This document shows, piece after piece, positions 29,901 to 38,568 of a DNA stretch of 64,000 nucleotides; position 1 is the first letter of the stretch; every line of letters begins with the position of its first letter. A program made the position numbers and the translations under genes. This DNA comes from an uncultured archaeon (GTDB lineage: Archaea > Thermoplasmatota > Penumbrarchaeia > JASLWR01). The stretch covers positions 211,849 to 275,848 of the forward strand of contig CAYFHS010000001.1 of NCBI GenBank assembly GCA_964342815.1, written 5' to 3'. The notes beneath the pieces were generated by a model. The model ran no database searches, was not told the DNA's origin, and was given only the letters and a program-made list of their open reading frames with translations.

Positions 29901-31944
29901 GAACATCCTCCTGTGAGAAACTTCCCCCGATATTCCGATAGAGAGCGTTTCGGTCCGCCTTGTGGCTGATCGCCAGGTCCAGGTCACCATCATTGTCGAA
30001 ATCGGCCCACGACATTGCGTTAACGGGTCGATTGCCAAAGGCGTCTGTCTCCTGGAAATTCTCCCCGTTCATGTTGCGGAACAGCTTGTTTGGTTCGCGG
30101 GAAAATTTACCCACCGCAATGTCCTGATCCCCATCACCGTCATAGTCCCCCACAGCGTAAGCTATGGAAGAACCGGTCCCAAAGGCGTCTATTTTTTCAA
30201 AATAAAGACCTTGATTAAGATACAGTTTGCCTTGGGAACCGTGATTTATCACAATCATGTCCAGGCGGCCGTCGATGTTAACGTCGACCCATTTCATTCC
30301 AATCGTGTGGTTTGTCCCGAATTCACTGCGCTGGTCAAAACTTGATCCGGTTCTCGTGAACAGGTGATTCTGTCCGTTATTACCTACTGCCAGATCGAGG
30401 TCACCATCATTATCGTAATCGCCCCAATCCATCACCAGAGGCATACCGCTGGAGAACTTCTGGGTGAGAACAAATGAAGCATTGCCGTCATTGGTACAAA
30501 TAAAGTTCTGTCCACCGTAATTGCCCAATGCCAGATCCATGTCGCCGTCGTTGTCGTAATCACCCCATGCCAGAGCGGTGGTGTTCAGCACTCCGAACTC
30601 GGACCTGAACATATCTTCCGGAAAATTATTTGCGAGATGAGCCTCATTGATACCGTCAGCACCCACATCAATATCAAAACGTACATTGGAATTATATTTT
30701 GATCGGTACAGAATAACATTCTCATTGGAATTGGCTGCCAGAACATCTGCGTCGCCATCTCCGTCGAAATCCCCCGGTATAAGCGAGCGTGTATTACCGG
30801 CTCCAAGTCCTCCCGCCGCCGGGATGAAAGCTCCGTATCCGTCATTTATCAGCAAACGGTTATCTCCATCACGGTTCCCTTCCACGAGATCTGGGAATCC
30901 ATCCAGATCCATATCCGCGGAAATCATCGAATAAGTGGATTGTGAACCTGGTATGTCGTCCTTTTTAAAGGTTCCACCGGTCTGGTAGTGGAAAATGTGG
31001 TTGGGCCCATCCTCACCGGTTATGATCTCCAAGGTCCCATCGCTATCAATATCGGCGAGATTGATCGAATTGGTATTCCCGGAACTGGAGAGCAGTACCT
31101 GTATGAAATGACCCGTGCCGAGATTGCGGAAGAAATAGTCCGGACCGTGATTTCCCGTCACAAGGTCAGGTAGTCCATCGTTGTTGACATCACCGCATTT
31201 GATGGCGTGTGTTTCGAAACTGCCTGTGAGGTCTAATCTTTCGAAACCGCTGCCGGTATTTATAAAAAGCTGGTTCACCCCGTCATTTCCCACTGCAGCG
31301 TCCAGCAGTCCGTCGTTGTTAATATCGCTCCAGTCTACGCAATAAGAGGATAGGTTGCCAAAATATTCCACGACCTGAAATGAACCGCCGTCTGTAATAA
31401 AGAGGTAATTCTGCCCTCCTGTCATCAACGCAAGATCCAGATCGCCGTCGTTGTCGTAATCACCCCATGCACCTCCCGTGGTGGCGATGGAGCCCTGTAG
31501 CGGGATTATCCCAAAATTTCCGCTGCCATCGTTATTGAGAACCACGTTTGCTTCGTTCCCGGAAGTGAAAAACACAATGTCGAGGTCACCATCGTTATCG
31601 TAATCCCCCGGTGCCGCGCCGGAGACGGCGGGAGCAGGAGCGATCACAGAGTTGGTGAATGCCAGTTCAGGCACTTTCTCGAGGAGGAAATGAGAGTCTA
31701 TGAGCCTGGTGTTAGGAGGAATGTCGAAGGCAATCTGCTGTGTGGAGGGACCGTTGAAAATCAGCTCAAGTTCTCTTTCACCGCCTGAGAATTCCTCCAC
31801 GGTACCGTTTCCCGGAACCAATTGTGACAGATCCATGGGATTGGCGGAGAAAATGACCAAAAGGCATAATATTAACAAAACAAAAAATCTGGGTCCGTTA
31901 ATTCGATGAGTGATGATAGTACCACACTCGATTATGTCTTTCAC
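26917..31944 (-). CDS. Giant type-I surface protein: 14 FG-GAP/VCBS repeats, cadherin-like and FN3-like domains, TM, cytoplasmic tail
   Basis: Two blocks of seven D-x-D-x-D-G-x-x-D repeats; cadherin-like xNVNDxP motifs; FN3-like VTLxWxxxD..YDV..YYWxVIP; TM FWVIPMILVILVMALVLFVVI. GTG start overlaps the upstream TGA. Confidence 0.88.
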   Translation of the reverse strand: MKDIIECGTIITHRINGPRFFVLLILCLLVIFSANPMDLSQLVPGNGTVEEFSGGERELELIFNGPSTQQIAFDIPPNTRLIDSHFLLEKVPELAFTNSVIAPAPAVSGAAPGDYDNDGDLDIVFFTSGNEANVVLNNDGSGNFGIIPLQGSIATTGGAWGDYDNDGDLDLALMTGGQNYLFITDGGSFQVVEYFGNLSSYCVDWSDINNDGLLDAAVGNDGVNQLFINTGSGFERLDLTGSFETHAIKCGDVNNDGLPDLVTGNHGPDYFFRNLGTGHFIQVLLSSSGNTNSINLADIDSDGTLEIITGEDGPNHIFHYQTGGTFKKDDIPGSQSTYSMISADMDLDGFPDLVEGNRDGDNRLLINDGYGAFIPAAGGLGAGNTRSLIPGDFDGDGDADVLAANSNENVILYRSKYNSNVRFDIDVGADGINEAHLANNFPEDMFRSEFGVLNTTALAWGDYDNDGDMDLALGNYGGQNFICTNDGNASFVLTQKFSSGMPLVMDWGDYDNDGDLDLAVGNNGQNHLFTRTGSSFDQRSEFGTNHTIGMKWVDVNIDGRLDMIVINHGSQGKLYLNQGLYFEKIDAFGTGSSIAYAVGDYDGDGDQDIAVGKFSREPNKLFRNMNGENFQETDAFGNRPVNAMSWADFDNDGDLDLAISHKADRNALYRNIGGSFSQEDVLGHLDAESMEAVDYNLDGNYDILMASFDGIIEMYKGDGAGGFILDSALDLNTSVSRIAVSRADSDAYPDLAVATIQENLFCPNMGNRLRLGGIESVVNDYIESEENRQGNLSIPIDIRSTGSGRLYLTKPRFEFTIAPGCYGIPSIFSVNEDSLELELMDLSEYFYDDIDRADEMSYQVVENSLDGIINCYVQGGHHLVLDALTGNLNDNYTGSIELVVEARDTSNLSVLSDPFTINIMNVNDEPAPDVTIPDISLYESVDHAFSITEERYFVDGDGDFLYYDVMIDPLGEIEENLDFTVSIDGEMIRLSTTDNGTCSNVPIWIFADDDADVNTPGKDANFVFQKILVTIRNVNDPPQLRQMDDVYMSMNEDLNDAFNIFDYVTDVDTPPDELIYEVENISDEENFEIVIDWNNFVDINIIRENFEGSCHVVISVWDGEYKVRGDFEIFVRAKNNPPTASLLIPNDGVIIPTSSVTLMWEGNDSDGDGISYDVYFSRSRSGDKFYRTGYKETSIIIDGILDDATYYWQVIPHDRFEIGTCIDGIHSFDVDLDVDVPKVTLLFPEDGATVGSSRVTLSWSCDYPGKLPVSYDILLYEKNTTAHVYLSDLTEDYVAINGLENDTIYYWMVIPRAGKIQGECLSGVYSFRQLYGAEDIFPVEILFEGSADTEARLIVYPGGQKIFNITLRNLLPVKRRIDLVAVGHPGIIGNLVFSRESFILQPAGFAASHVTVHVNMQIPENFQAGTFTVTITALSGDEEASKGLDIICEVQEKDERIESGNAAQSNFWVIPMILVILVMALVLFVVITRRRARFLAYEEEEELLEKSTGRGDAPALAYSLRDGTEIIVEAMPPVKEPSLAKELLTKKKKEQKDPSPKKSPYASGGDQYPVYEQNPYRFSALSQYPYIQQYGYGSYQVPLEEYRRGAREYYAYVLSLERAAEAEGADTADAGKLLVELEEKFDEASTAKDYLKIFDYCNAVGNAVNRALSRLEKRK

Positions 31945-34900
31945 GGAGGAGTTGGTGGAACCGGAGGCAAAGGTGGGGTTTGTATTGGCCCCCCCCCCGT
32001 TCCTGCTTGTAATTGAGGGCCTTGCACCGGTCCTCCGGGGCCCCCTTGTTGTGGGGGGGGCAGAGGTGCTCCAGGCGGAATAAGGACGGCTCCGGGTTGT
32101 TGATCCGTTTGTGGGGGTGCATTGGGTGGTGGTGATGGTGGGAGTTGCGGCCCGGACCCCGGTACGGGACCAGGAGGAGGGGATGGGGGAAGTTGTTGGT
32201 CCGCCGAGATGGGCAGTGCAGAACCCATTGCGGGAGCGCCTGGTTGAACGGGAGATGAAGCTGCATTCCCGGGAATGAAGCTATCCCCCGAGATTCCAAA
32301 AAAGGTATCCACTTCGTTCGTGTCCTGATGATCCACGGTTGGAGGACGGTATGCAGCCATTGCCTTGATCCTTGCATTTTCCACTTCGTAGTTCTGGGTA
32401 ACGGCTTCTATCCTTCTGCGCTCCTCTTCCTCCTTCTCTTTTTTCTCCTTTTCCAGTATAGTATATTTGGCCTTGGAAGTGATGAATACGAATCCGATTA
32501 TAACCATCATTAGGAAAACCGCGCAAATAATGATGATCAGAAAGGGAACCTCCGTCTCGGTCACAATTATTCCTCCTCCGTTATTCACTATGACATCAGG
32601 CGTTTTCCACACAGATATGTTGCTGTAAATCGTCTGAAAACTGCCGTTGAATTTCTTACCGTCGTGGTCCCGTATCATGAGAAGGACGGTGTATTCGCCT
32701 TCCTTTATGAACGAATACTTTGAATAATCGGTTCCATTTCGGCTCTGTTGGCTCCAGATCACATCCGAACTAGCGCCGCTGGCGAAAGGAGGTGTGCCCT
32801 TCTCGTATACCACCCATGCGAATTTAACATCATCGCCATCCACATCCCTGGTGGCGTTACTTTCTATGACAATTTTCTTCTGCGTCCTATCCCGGACGTA
32901 GAACCTGTAGTCATAATTGTCGATCTTGGCTGTATCTTTATCCTTGTCCTCGCTCTCGATCCAGATCTCCCAAATTTTTATAATGGGTTCGTCGTTCATC
33001 GGCCTCGCATTGAATATAATCGTCTTCGAAATGGTCACTTCGCCGTCTGTGAGGCTCAATTTGATCGTTTCTTCCCCGTTATAATCCCTGACAGGAGAAT
33101 ATCTGATTCTAGCTGCTGAATCGTTTATCTTTTCGATATTAATACGGTCCGGATCAAAGTCAATGAGGTTAAAGGTAAGTATCTCTTCACCATGGATGAA
33201 ATCGGGATCCGTGGCGGTTATTATTACATCGGCGCTCTCATCCTCGTCGATATCAAACCTGATGGGGTCGACATGTCCGGCAATCTTCGCACCGCCTTCC
33301 ATTAAAAAAGAGCCAAACGAGGGGGCATCGTTAGTATTTGTTATCTTCAACGTGAAATTCTTTTCGAGGACTACCGGTAATGAAGGTGAAGAGGCCGCAT
33401 CGTCATCGAATATGCTTATATTTATTGGATACTCACCAACCATTTCGTTCGTCGGGGTGAACGTGAACGTGAAAGTGTAGAGGTTTGTATCATCATTGGA
33501 CGTGCTTTCTTCGATTACAAGATCCGGTAGAACATCGGCAAAGTCGCTGGTAAGATCCAGGGTATCCTCCATGTCATTAGAGTCTACCGCCTGAATGGTT
33601 ATGCTGTATTCGGAGTCCTCTTGGGCTGTGATCCTTGGGAGGAAATGGACTATCTCAGGTGGGTCATTCACGCTCATAATGCTAAAATTTATCGTATAGG
33701 TTATGAATCCGATGATATCGGTTGCCTTGAAGGTCAGGCTCTCGTAGATGGATGCCGCCATGTAAGTGTTGGTTTTGGTTGTAACCCTGAAAGACATGTT
33801 CTTGATGAAAGATCCGGTAAGGTTATTGCTCTCGAACTTCAGCCCCCAGCTTCCATTTGAGTCGGCAACTCTGAAGTCTATATCATCCTCCTCGAGGTCA
33901 TAGAAAACGTTGTTGAGATCGAGATACGTGGCATTGCTGTCCTCATAGAGCACAATGAGCGATGGTGCGCTTTCGTTTATACGGGGTGCCGTATTCACAT
34001 CGATGACCCATATGAGAATATCTCTTATCATGGTGAAGGCGAAGTGGTTTCCCCAAATGTCGAAAACGTGCATCATAATCGGGTACATACCTGCTTCGGT
34101 TCCATGGGGAATAATGAACTCTGCAGTGTAATTTCGATCCCCTGGGACCACGTCGCCATTAGTTCCGTCATCCTTGAACTCCACCGGCAGCGGCATGTCG
34201 ATACTCGTGAAGTTGCCCAACACATATTCAACACTGAATATCTCATCGTTATCCTTTACCCAAAGTTCTATCTTTCCCACCGAAGTCCCGTCTGCCATGA
34301 TGTTGTTCGCACCGTCTGGATATATCACGAAGGAACCTTCCTGAAAAGGTATCGAATCCTGCTCCGTTATCTCCATTGGCTGAGCGGGCCATTCACCCGG
34401 CATGGCAGTCCCGTTAATGTGGGGTTCCTGGCCAGTGACATCGGTAACCACCAGTTCCTGACCTCCGGGATTTGCGAAATCCAACTGATACCATCCTAGC
34501 TCATCTGGAAACTCGGAATTTCCGAAAAGGGCTCCGGCAGTGTATTTTTCCCCCGTCATATCATTCAGGTCAGTCACACGAACGAAAAGGTTGAGAACGG
34601 TTGTGGGTGATGGTGATATCCCGAAATAAGAGGCGTTTATTTCAACTTCGAATATCTTATGACCGTCTCGAACCCCAGGGACGAATGTGAAGTTGAAAGT
34701 TTCGTTGTTCTCGATGGGATCGATCATGAGATTGTCGAGCCTGCTGTCCTCGTCCCGGTCCTCTCCTCCCGTGTCCTTTACCAGATAACCGAACTTGTCC
34801 ACCTCATAAGGGATAAAATCCCATCCTGCAAAAGCCAGCATGCCAAAGTCCTTTACTTGTCCTCTCGGAGCGTTGAAATCCTTCAAGGCCCCATCCGCGT

Positions 34901-35174
34901 CTCCGTCGATATATATGGCAAGAGAATCGGTATTGTCATTCCATACGGAGGTGTCATTACTCACATCCACGTAAAAGAACAGATGTGTCGAATTGTAACC
35001 TACGGTGAGATTGCAAGGTTTATCTGCCCGGGTGGAGGTATACTGCAGGTCCATTTCACCCTTCTCGATGTCAGAATTGGTATTGGTTGACGAACAAAAG
35101 ATAACTCCAGGTATGATCAGGATGGCGGTTATTGTGAAAAGAATTATTTTTTTAGTGAGATTCGACCAAAGCAC
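31941..35174 (-). CDS. Type-I surface protein: DOMON/CBM9-like domain, DDG-type anchor-like domain, cadherin-like repeats, TM, proline-rich cytoplasmic tail
   Basis: GYNSTHLFFYVDVSND...DSLAIYIDGD; FKDDGTNGDVVPGDRNYTAEF; repeated VNxxP/NDAP/NDEP; TM; ~100 aa Pro/Gly/Gln tail. GTG start with an AGGTGA RBS. Confidence 0.85.
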   Translation of the reverse strand: MLWSNLTKKIILFTITAILIIPGVIFCSSTNTNSDIEKGEMDLQYTSTRADKPCNLTVGYNSTHLFFYVDVSNDTSVWNDNTDSLAIYIDGDADGALKDFNAPRGQVKDFGMLAFAGWDFIPYEVDKFGYLVKDTGGEDRDEDSRLDNLMIDPIENNETFNFTFVPGVRDGHKIFEVEINASYFGISPSPTTVLNLFVRVTDLNDMTGEKYTAGALFGNSEFPDELGWYQLDFANPGGQELVVTDVTGQEPHINGTAMPGEWPAQPMEITEQDSIPFQEGSFVIYPDGANNIMADGTSVGKIELWVKDNDEIFSVEYVLGNFTSIDMPLPVEFKDDGTNGDVVPGDRNYTAEFIIPHGTEAGMYPIMMHVFDIWGNHFAFTMIRDILIWVIDVNTAPRINESAPSLIVLYEDSNATYLDLNNVFYDLEEDDIDFRVADSNGSWGLKFESNNLTGSFIKNMSFRVTTKTNTYMAASIYESLTFKATDIIGFITYTINFSIMSVNDPPEIVHFLPRITAQEDSEYSITIQAVDSNDMEDTLDLTSDFADVLPDLVIEESTSNDDTNLYTFTFTFTPTNEMVGEYPINISIFDDDAASSPSLPVVLEKNFTLKITNTNDAPSFGSFLMEGGAKIAGHVDPIRFDIDEDESADVIITATDPDFIHGEEILTFNLIDFDPDRINIEKINDSAARIRYSPVRDYNGEETIKLSLTDGEVTISKTIIFNARPMNDEPIIKIWEIWIESEDKDKDTAKIDNYDYRFYVRDRTQKKIVIESNATRDVDGDDVKFAWVVYEKGTPPFASGASSDVIWSQQSRNGTDYSKYSFIKEGEYTVLLMIRDHDGKKFNGSFQTIYSNISVWKTPDVIVNNGGGIIVTETEVPFLIIIICAVFLMMVIIGFVFITSKAKYTILEKEKKEKEEEERRRIEAVTQNYEVENARIKAMAAYRPPTVDHQDTNEVDTFFGISGDSFIPGNAASSPVQPGAPAMGSALPISADQQLPPSPPPGPVPGSGPQLPPSPPPNAPPQTDQQPGAVLIPPGAPLPPPQQGGPGGPVQGPQLQAGTGGGPIQTPPLPPVPPTPP

Positions 35175-35426
35175 GATATCACCTGCTAAACCGTTCCATC
35201 CAATTTCTTTATCAGGTAAATAATACTCCCCTGATCAATGGGACAGAACATTCAATCATGGGATATGGCAAATATTATACTTCTATATTATGGTTTTTCA
35301 AATATTTTGAAATGGCGGATAATCTCTGCGTTATCCATAACTTACGCTTAACGGTGGAATGAGAATATTTCTTATTGGGGGGTCCAGCGTTTCCCACCAT
35401 GAAAATAATTATATCTCTATGGGTTT

Positions 35427-36428
35427 TTATTCTATTGGCTCGGCCTTACTGGCTGCGATCAGCACGGTTCCCACGTTCATTGGAAACGAAGCGATCTCGT
35501 TCTTTTTGAGATTGTAGGTATTGCCGTCCTCCGACATGAAATCTCCGGTGTCCTCGATTATCCTCACCATTATCGAGGCCGCCCTTCCCGGATTAAGGTT
35601 GTTTTCCACAATGTTGGGGGTAGAATCCCGTGGTAACGATTCGTGATCTTTTGCCAATGACGGACTCCCGTTTTCATGCACATTGGCCAAATCGTTCACC
35701 TCGATCTCCGGGGCAGAAGGCATCTCGTCAGGCTCAACGGGATCCGGCCCTACTTCTATGTCACCTTCACCCAGTTGTTCCTTTTCTGCGTATTCCTCAT
35801 AGGGTTCGATAAAACTATTGTCCCGGGCTTCATCGTTCTCCTCGGGAGCTACCGCTTTTTCCTTAGTTCGTCCCCCCTCAAAAAAATCCGGGGGAAACTC
35901 TTCATCCAATTCCGACGGCATATCAATATCGCCCATGGCCGAGGAAGGCTCCATTACGTAGGCAGCTCCCCTGATGCTGTCTCCGATTGTTAAAAGGTTC
36001 TTTCCCTCGGGATCAGTCTCCATAAGATCGATAATCTCCTTCATCATTCCGGAATCCACTTCGGATTGATTCATTATTGTTCTTTTGGATTTAAGGACGA
36101 GAAAGACCATTGCCGAATACAGATTCCTCTCCTCCGGGACTAGGCGTGCAAGGTTCGGCTCGCGACCGTCGACCTTGTGGTTTACAAGGGTAAGAATCTT
36201 CCGCAGACGGCTTAAAAAAATATCCGACAAGCTGGCTTTGGCCGTTTTCCACTTCCGGTAGCTCCTCTCTACCTCTACTTCGCCCCGTTGTTTTCCCTGC
36301 CATAAACCCTCGAGCATGTCAAGGTGCCGCTTCGCTGATGTGAAAAAATCGTCTTCGAGCTTTGCCAGGGTCCGGTCGGACTTCTCCTTGCTGAGAGTAT
36401 CCCGGATGTCTTTTTCGACCTTGGTCAT
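35427..36428 (-). CDS. gins: GINS complex subunit (Gins51-like) with a long acidic linker
   Basis: A-domain LAKLEDDFF...IFLSRLRKILTL...LVPEERNLY; C-terminal B-domain VRIIEDTGDFMSEDGNTYNLKKNEIASFPMNVGTVLI. Confidence 0.8.
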   Translation of the reverse strand: MTKVEKDIRDTLSKEKSDRTLAKLEDDFFTSAKRHLDMLEGLWQGKQRGEVEVERSYRKWKTAKASLSDIFLSRLRKILTLVNHKVDGREPNLARLVPEERNLYSAMVFLVLKSKRTIMNQSEVDSGMMKEIIDLMETDPEGKNLLTIGDSIRGAAYVMEPSSAMGDIDMPSELDEEFPPDFFEGGRTKEKAVAPEENDEARDNSFIEPYEEYAEKEQLGEGDIEVGPDPVEPDEMPSAPEIEVNDLANVHENGSPSLAKDHESLPRDSTPNIVENNLNPGRAASIMVRIIEDTGDFMSEDGNTYNLKKNEIASFPMNVGTVLIAASKAEPIE

Positions 36429-36524
36429 TATCTCAATTATTTCGACTTCGATAAATTAAATTTGTTGTTAAATTAATGATAATTGGAATTGCGTTTTCTG
36501 TGTTCGTTGGTCCACTGTAATAGA

Positions 36525-37448
36525 TCAAATCACGGGTCTCGGCAGAAGTCCCGCCCTCTCCGCTATCTCCGGTACCTTCTCCTCCCACATGATGGCCATG
36601 ATATGGGCTCCCGCCACGCCCTCGATCTTCTGTAGCCGCTCCAGCGTTTCGATAGCAATATTGAGACCTTCCGCCTTTTTGTCGCTTGCCGCCTTGAGCC
36701 TTTCTATTATCTCGTTCGGGACGTCCACTCCGGATACGAACCTCTGCATGTATCTCGCGGCGCCAACGGATTTGACCGGGATGACCCCTGCCATTATCTT
36801 CGCCTTCTTATGGAGCCCCGCCGCCCTTACCTCTTTCATCTTGTCCTCGAACTTGTCTATGTCGAATATCCCCTGGGTCTGGATGAAATCCGCACCTGCA
36901 ACGATCTTCTTCGCCAATCGTGGGATCCTCACGTCAATCGGTTCGCTGAATGGGCTCCAGACTGCGCCGATATGGAGTTTCGGAGAAATCTTTATCTCAT
37001 CCCCGTTGCAGAATTTGCCCTCGTCCCGCATGTTCTTGACCATCTGGAGAAGCTGCATGGAATCCAGGTCATAGACTCCCTTTGATCCGGGATGGTTCCC
37101 CAGGGTCTGGTGATCTCCGGTAAGGCATAACAGGTTCGGCACTCCAAGCGCACCGGCGCCAAGTATATCGCTCTGCATCGCAATGCGGTTTCGGTCCCGG
37201 ACCGTCATTTGCATCACCGGCTCCAGTCCTTCTCGTATCAGTAAAGCGGCCGTAGCTAGAGAGGAAATCCGGACTACCGCGGTCTGGTTGTCGGTGATGT
37301 TTGCTGCGTCTACGGCTCCCTTCAAGTGCCCGATATTTTTTATCACTCCCTCTATTCCGCAGTGTTTCGGCGGTCCCAGTTCACCGGTCACAGCGAAGTT
37401 ACCTTTGGCCATTACCTTTTCCAACCGTCCATCAGAATTGAACACCAT
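36525..37448 (-). CDS. metF: 5,10-methylenetetrahydrofolate reductase, catalytic subunit
   Basis: VTGELGPPK, DAANITDN, PVMQMTVRDRNRIAMQSDILGA, LCLTGDH, AGADFIQTQ, GAHIMA. Confidence 0.95.
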   Translation of the reverse strand: MVFNSDGRLEKVMAKGNFAVTGELGPPKHCGIEGVIKNIGHLKGAVDAANITDNQTAVVRISSLATAALLIREGLEPVMQMTVRDRNRIAMQSDILGAGALGVPNLLCLTGDHQTLGNHPGSKGVYDLDSMQLLQMVKNMRDEGKFCNGDEIKISPKLHIGAVWSPFSEPIDVRIPRLAKKIVAGADFIQTQGIFDIDKFEDKMKEVRAAGLHKKAKIMAGVIPVKSVGAARYMQRFVSGVDVPNEIIERLKAASDKKAEGLNIAIETLERLQKIEGVAGAHIMAIMWEEKVPEIAERAGLLPRPVI

Positions 37449-38137
37449 TACGCATCACCCTCCTGCTCTATTACGAGATCTTCCCTGACTATCTTTCGGG
37501 GTCCTTTATGACCGGCCGCTCGCCAATCGTTAGGGGGTTGGATCTCCTCAAACTTCTTCTCATCCCCACGTTCCCTGAGTCTTTCGAATATAAGATACCA
37601 GGCGCAGTCTATGTCCTTGTCCACCTCACATTTCCCGTCGGACGTAGTTCCTCCGCACGGGCCATTGAGTAGGCTCTTGGAACACCTCGCCACCGGGCAT
37701 ATACCACCGGTGAGATGTAAACGACAACTACCGCAGGCACGACAGTTCTCCACCCATATCCCCTGTTCTTCCGGCATTCCCATGAATGTCGTGTTCAGGG
37801 CCGGGACGATAATGTTGTCAGGGAACATGCCAGCAATAGTCTGTACGCCTATGCCGCAGGCCATGGATAATACCACGTCATGGGATTCGATTTCTGTTTT
37901 TATTGCATCCACGAACTCCTTCTCGCACTGCCTTTCTATGGTATTCTCATCGAAAGTCATTTCCGCATCATCCATTTTGCATTTTATTCGCAGTGCTGAA
38001 GATAGAATACCTACTTCTTTTTCACCACCTGTAGAACATACTGTAACGCAGGTTCCACATCCCAAGACCAGGACCTTTTCATACTTCTCAAGCATGTTCA
38101 TTATCTCTTCTACAGGTTTTCTTTCCGCTACTATCAA
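37448..38137 (-). CDS. metV: MetV (MTHFR C-terminal-domain-like FeS/Zn subunit)
   Basis: LGCGTCVTVC...ERQCE...ACGIG and CRACGSC...GICPVARCSKSLLNGPCGG...CEV...CAW. TTG start with an AGGTGA RBS; coupled to metF. Confidence 0.9.
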   Translation of the reverse strand: MIVAERKPVEEIMNMLEKYEKVLVLGCGTCVTVCSTGGEKEVGILSSALRIKCKMDDAEMTFDENTIERQCEKEFVDAIKTEIESHDVVLSMACGIGVQTIAGMFPDNIIVPALNTTFMGMPEEQGIWVENCRACGSCRLHLTGGICPVARCSKSLLNGPCGGTTSDGKCEVDKDIDCAWYLIFERLRERGDEKKFEEIQPPNDWRAAGHKGPRKIVREDLVIEQEGDA

Positions 38138-38568
38138 TTTTTCACCTTACCTTTTAGATTAATGGGGGAAGGACCTAGTTGTTTTATCTTCTCCGTCATC
38201 TCTAACGCTACTTGGGCGAACCTGGGACCAGCCGAGGTAGACATGTTGTACATCTCCAAACGATCACCTCCGATCCCAAGCTCTTCCAATAATTTCTTCG
38301 CGTATTGTACCCGTTTTTTAGCACGATAGTTACCCTCGATAAAATGACAACTCCCCTCTTCACATCCTGCTACATAAACGCCGTCCGCACCGTCTTCGAA
38401 CGCTCTCAATAGGTAGAGAATATCTATCTTTCCACTGCATGGTAACCGAATTATCTTGATATTGGCCGGATATTTCAATCTCATAGTACCCGCAGTATCC
38501 GCGGCCCCGTAAGCGCAGTAGTGACAGCAGTAAGCAATGATCTTGGGCTCGAAGTCCTTACCGCTCAT
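38134..38568 (-). CDS. mvhD: MvhD-type [2Fe-2S] protein (copy 1)
   Basis: CCHYCAYGAAD, LPCSGK, GADGVYVAGCEEGSCHF and GN..A motifs; ATG 38568 overlaps the hdrL stop. Confidence 0.93.
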   Translation of the reverse strand: MSGKDFEPKIIAYCCHYCAYGAADTAGTMRLKYPANIKIIRLPCSGKIDILYLLRAFEDGADGVYVAGCEEGSCHFIEGNYRAKKRVQYAKKLLEELGIGGDRLEMYNMSTSAGPRFAQVALEMTEKIKQLGPSPINLKGKVKN

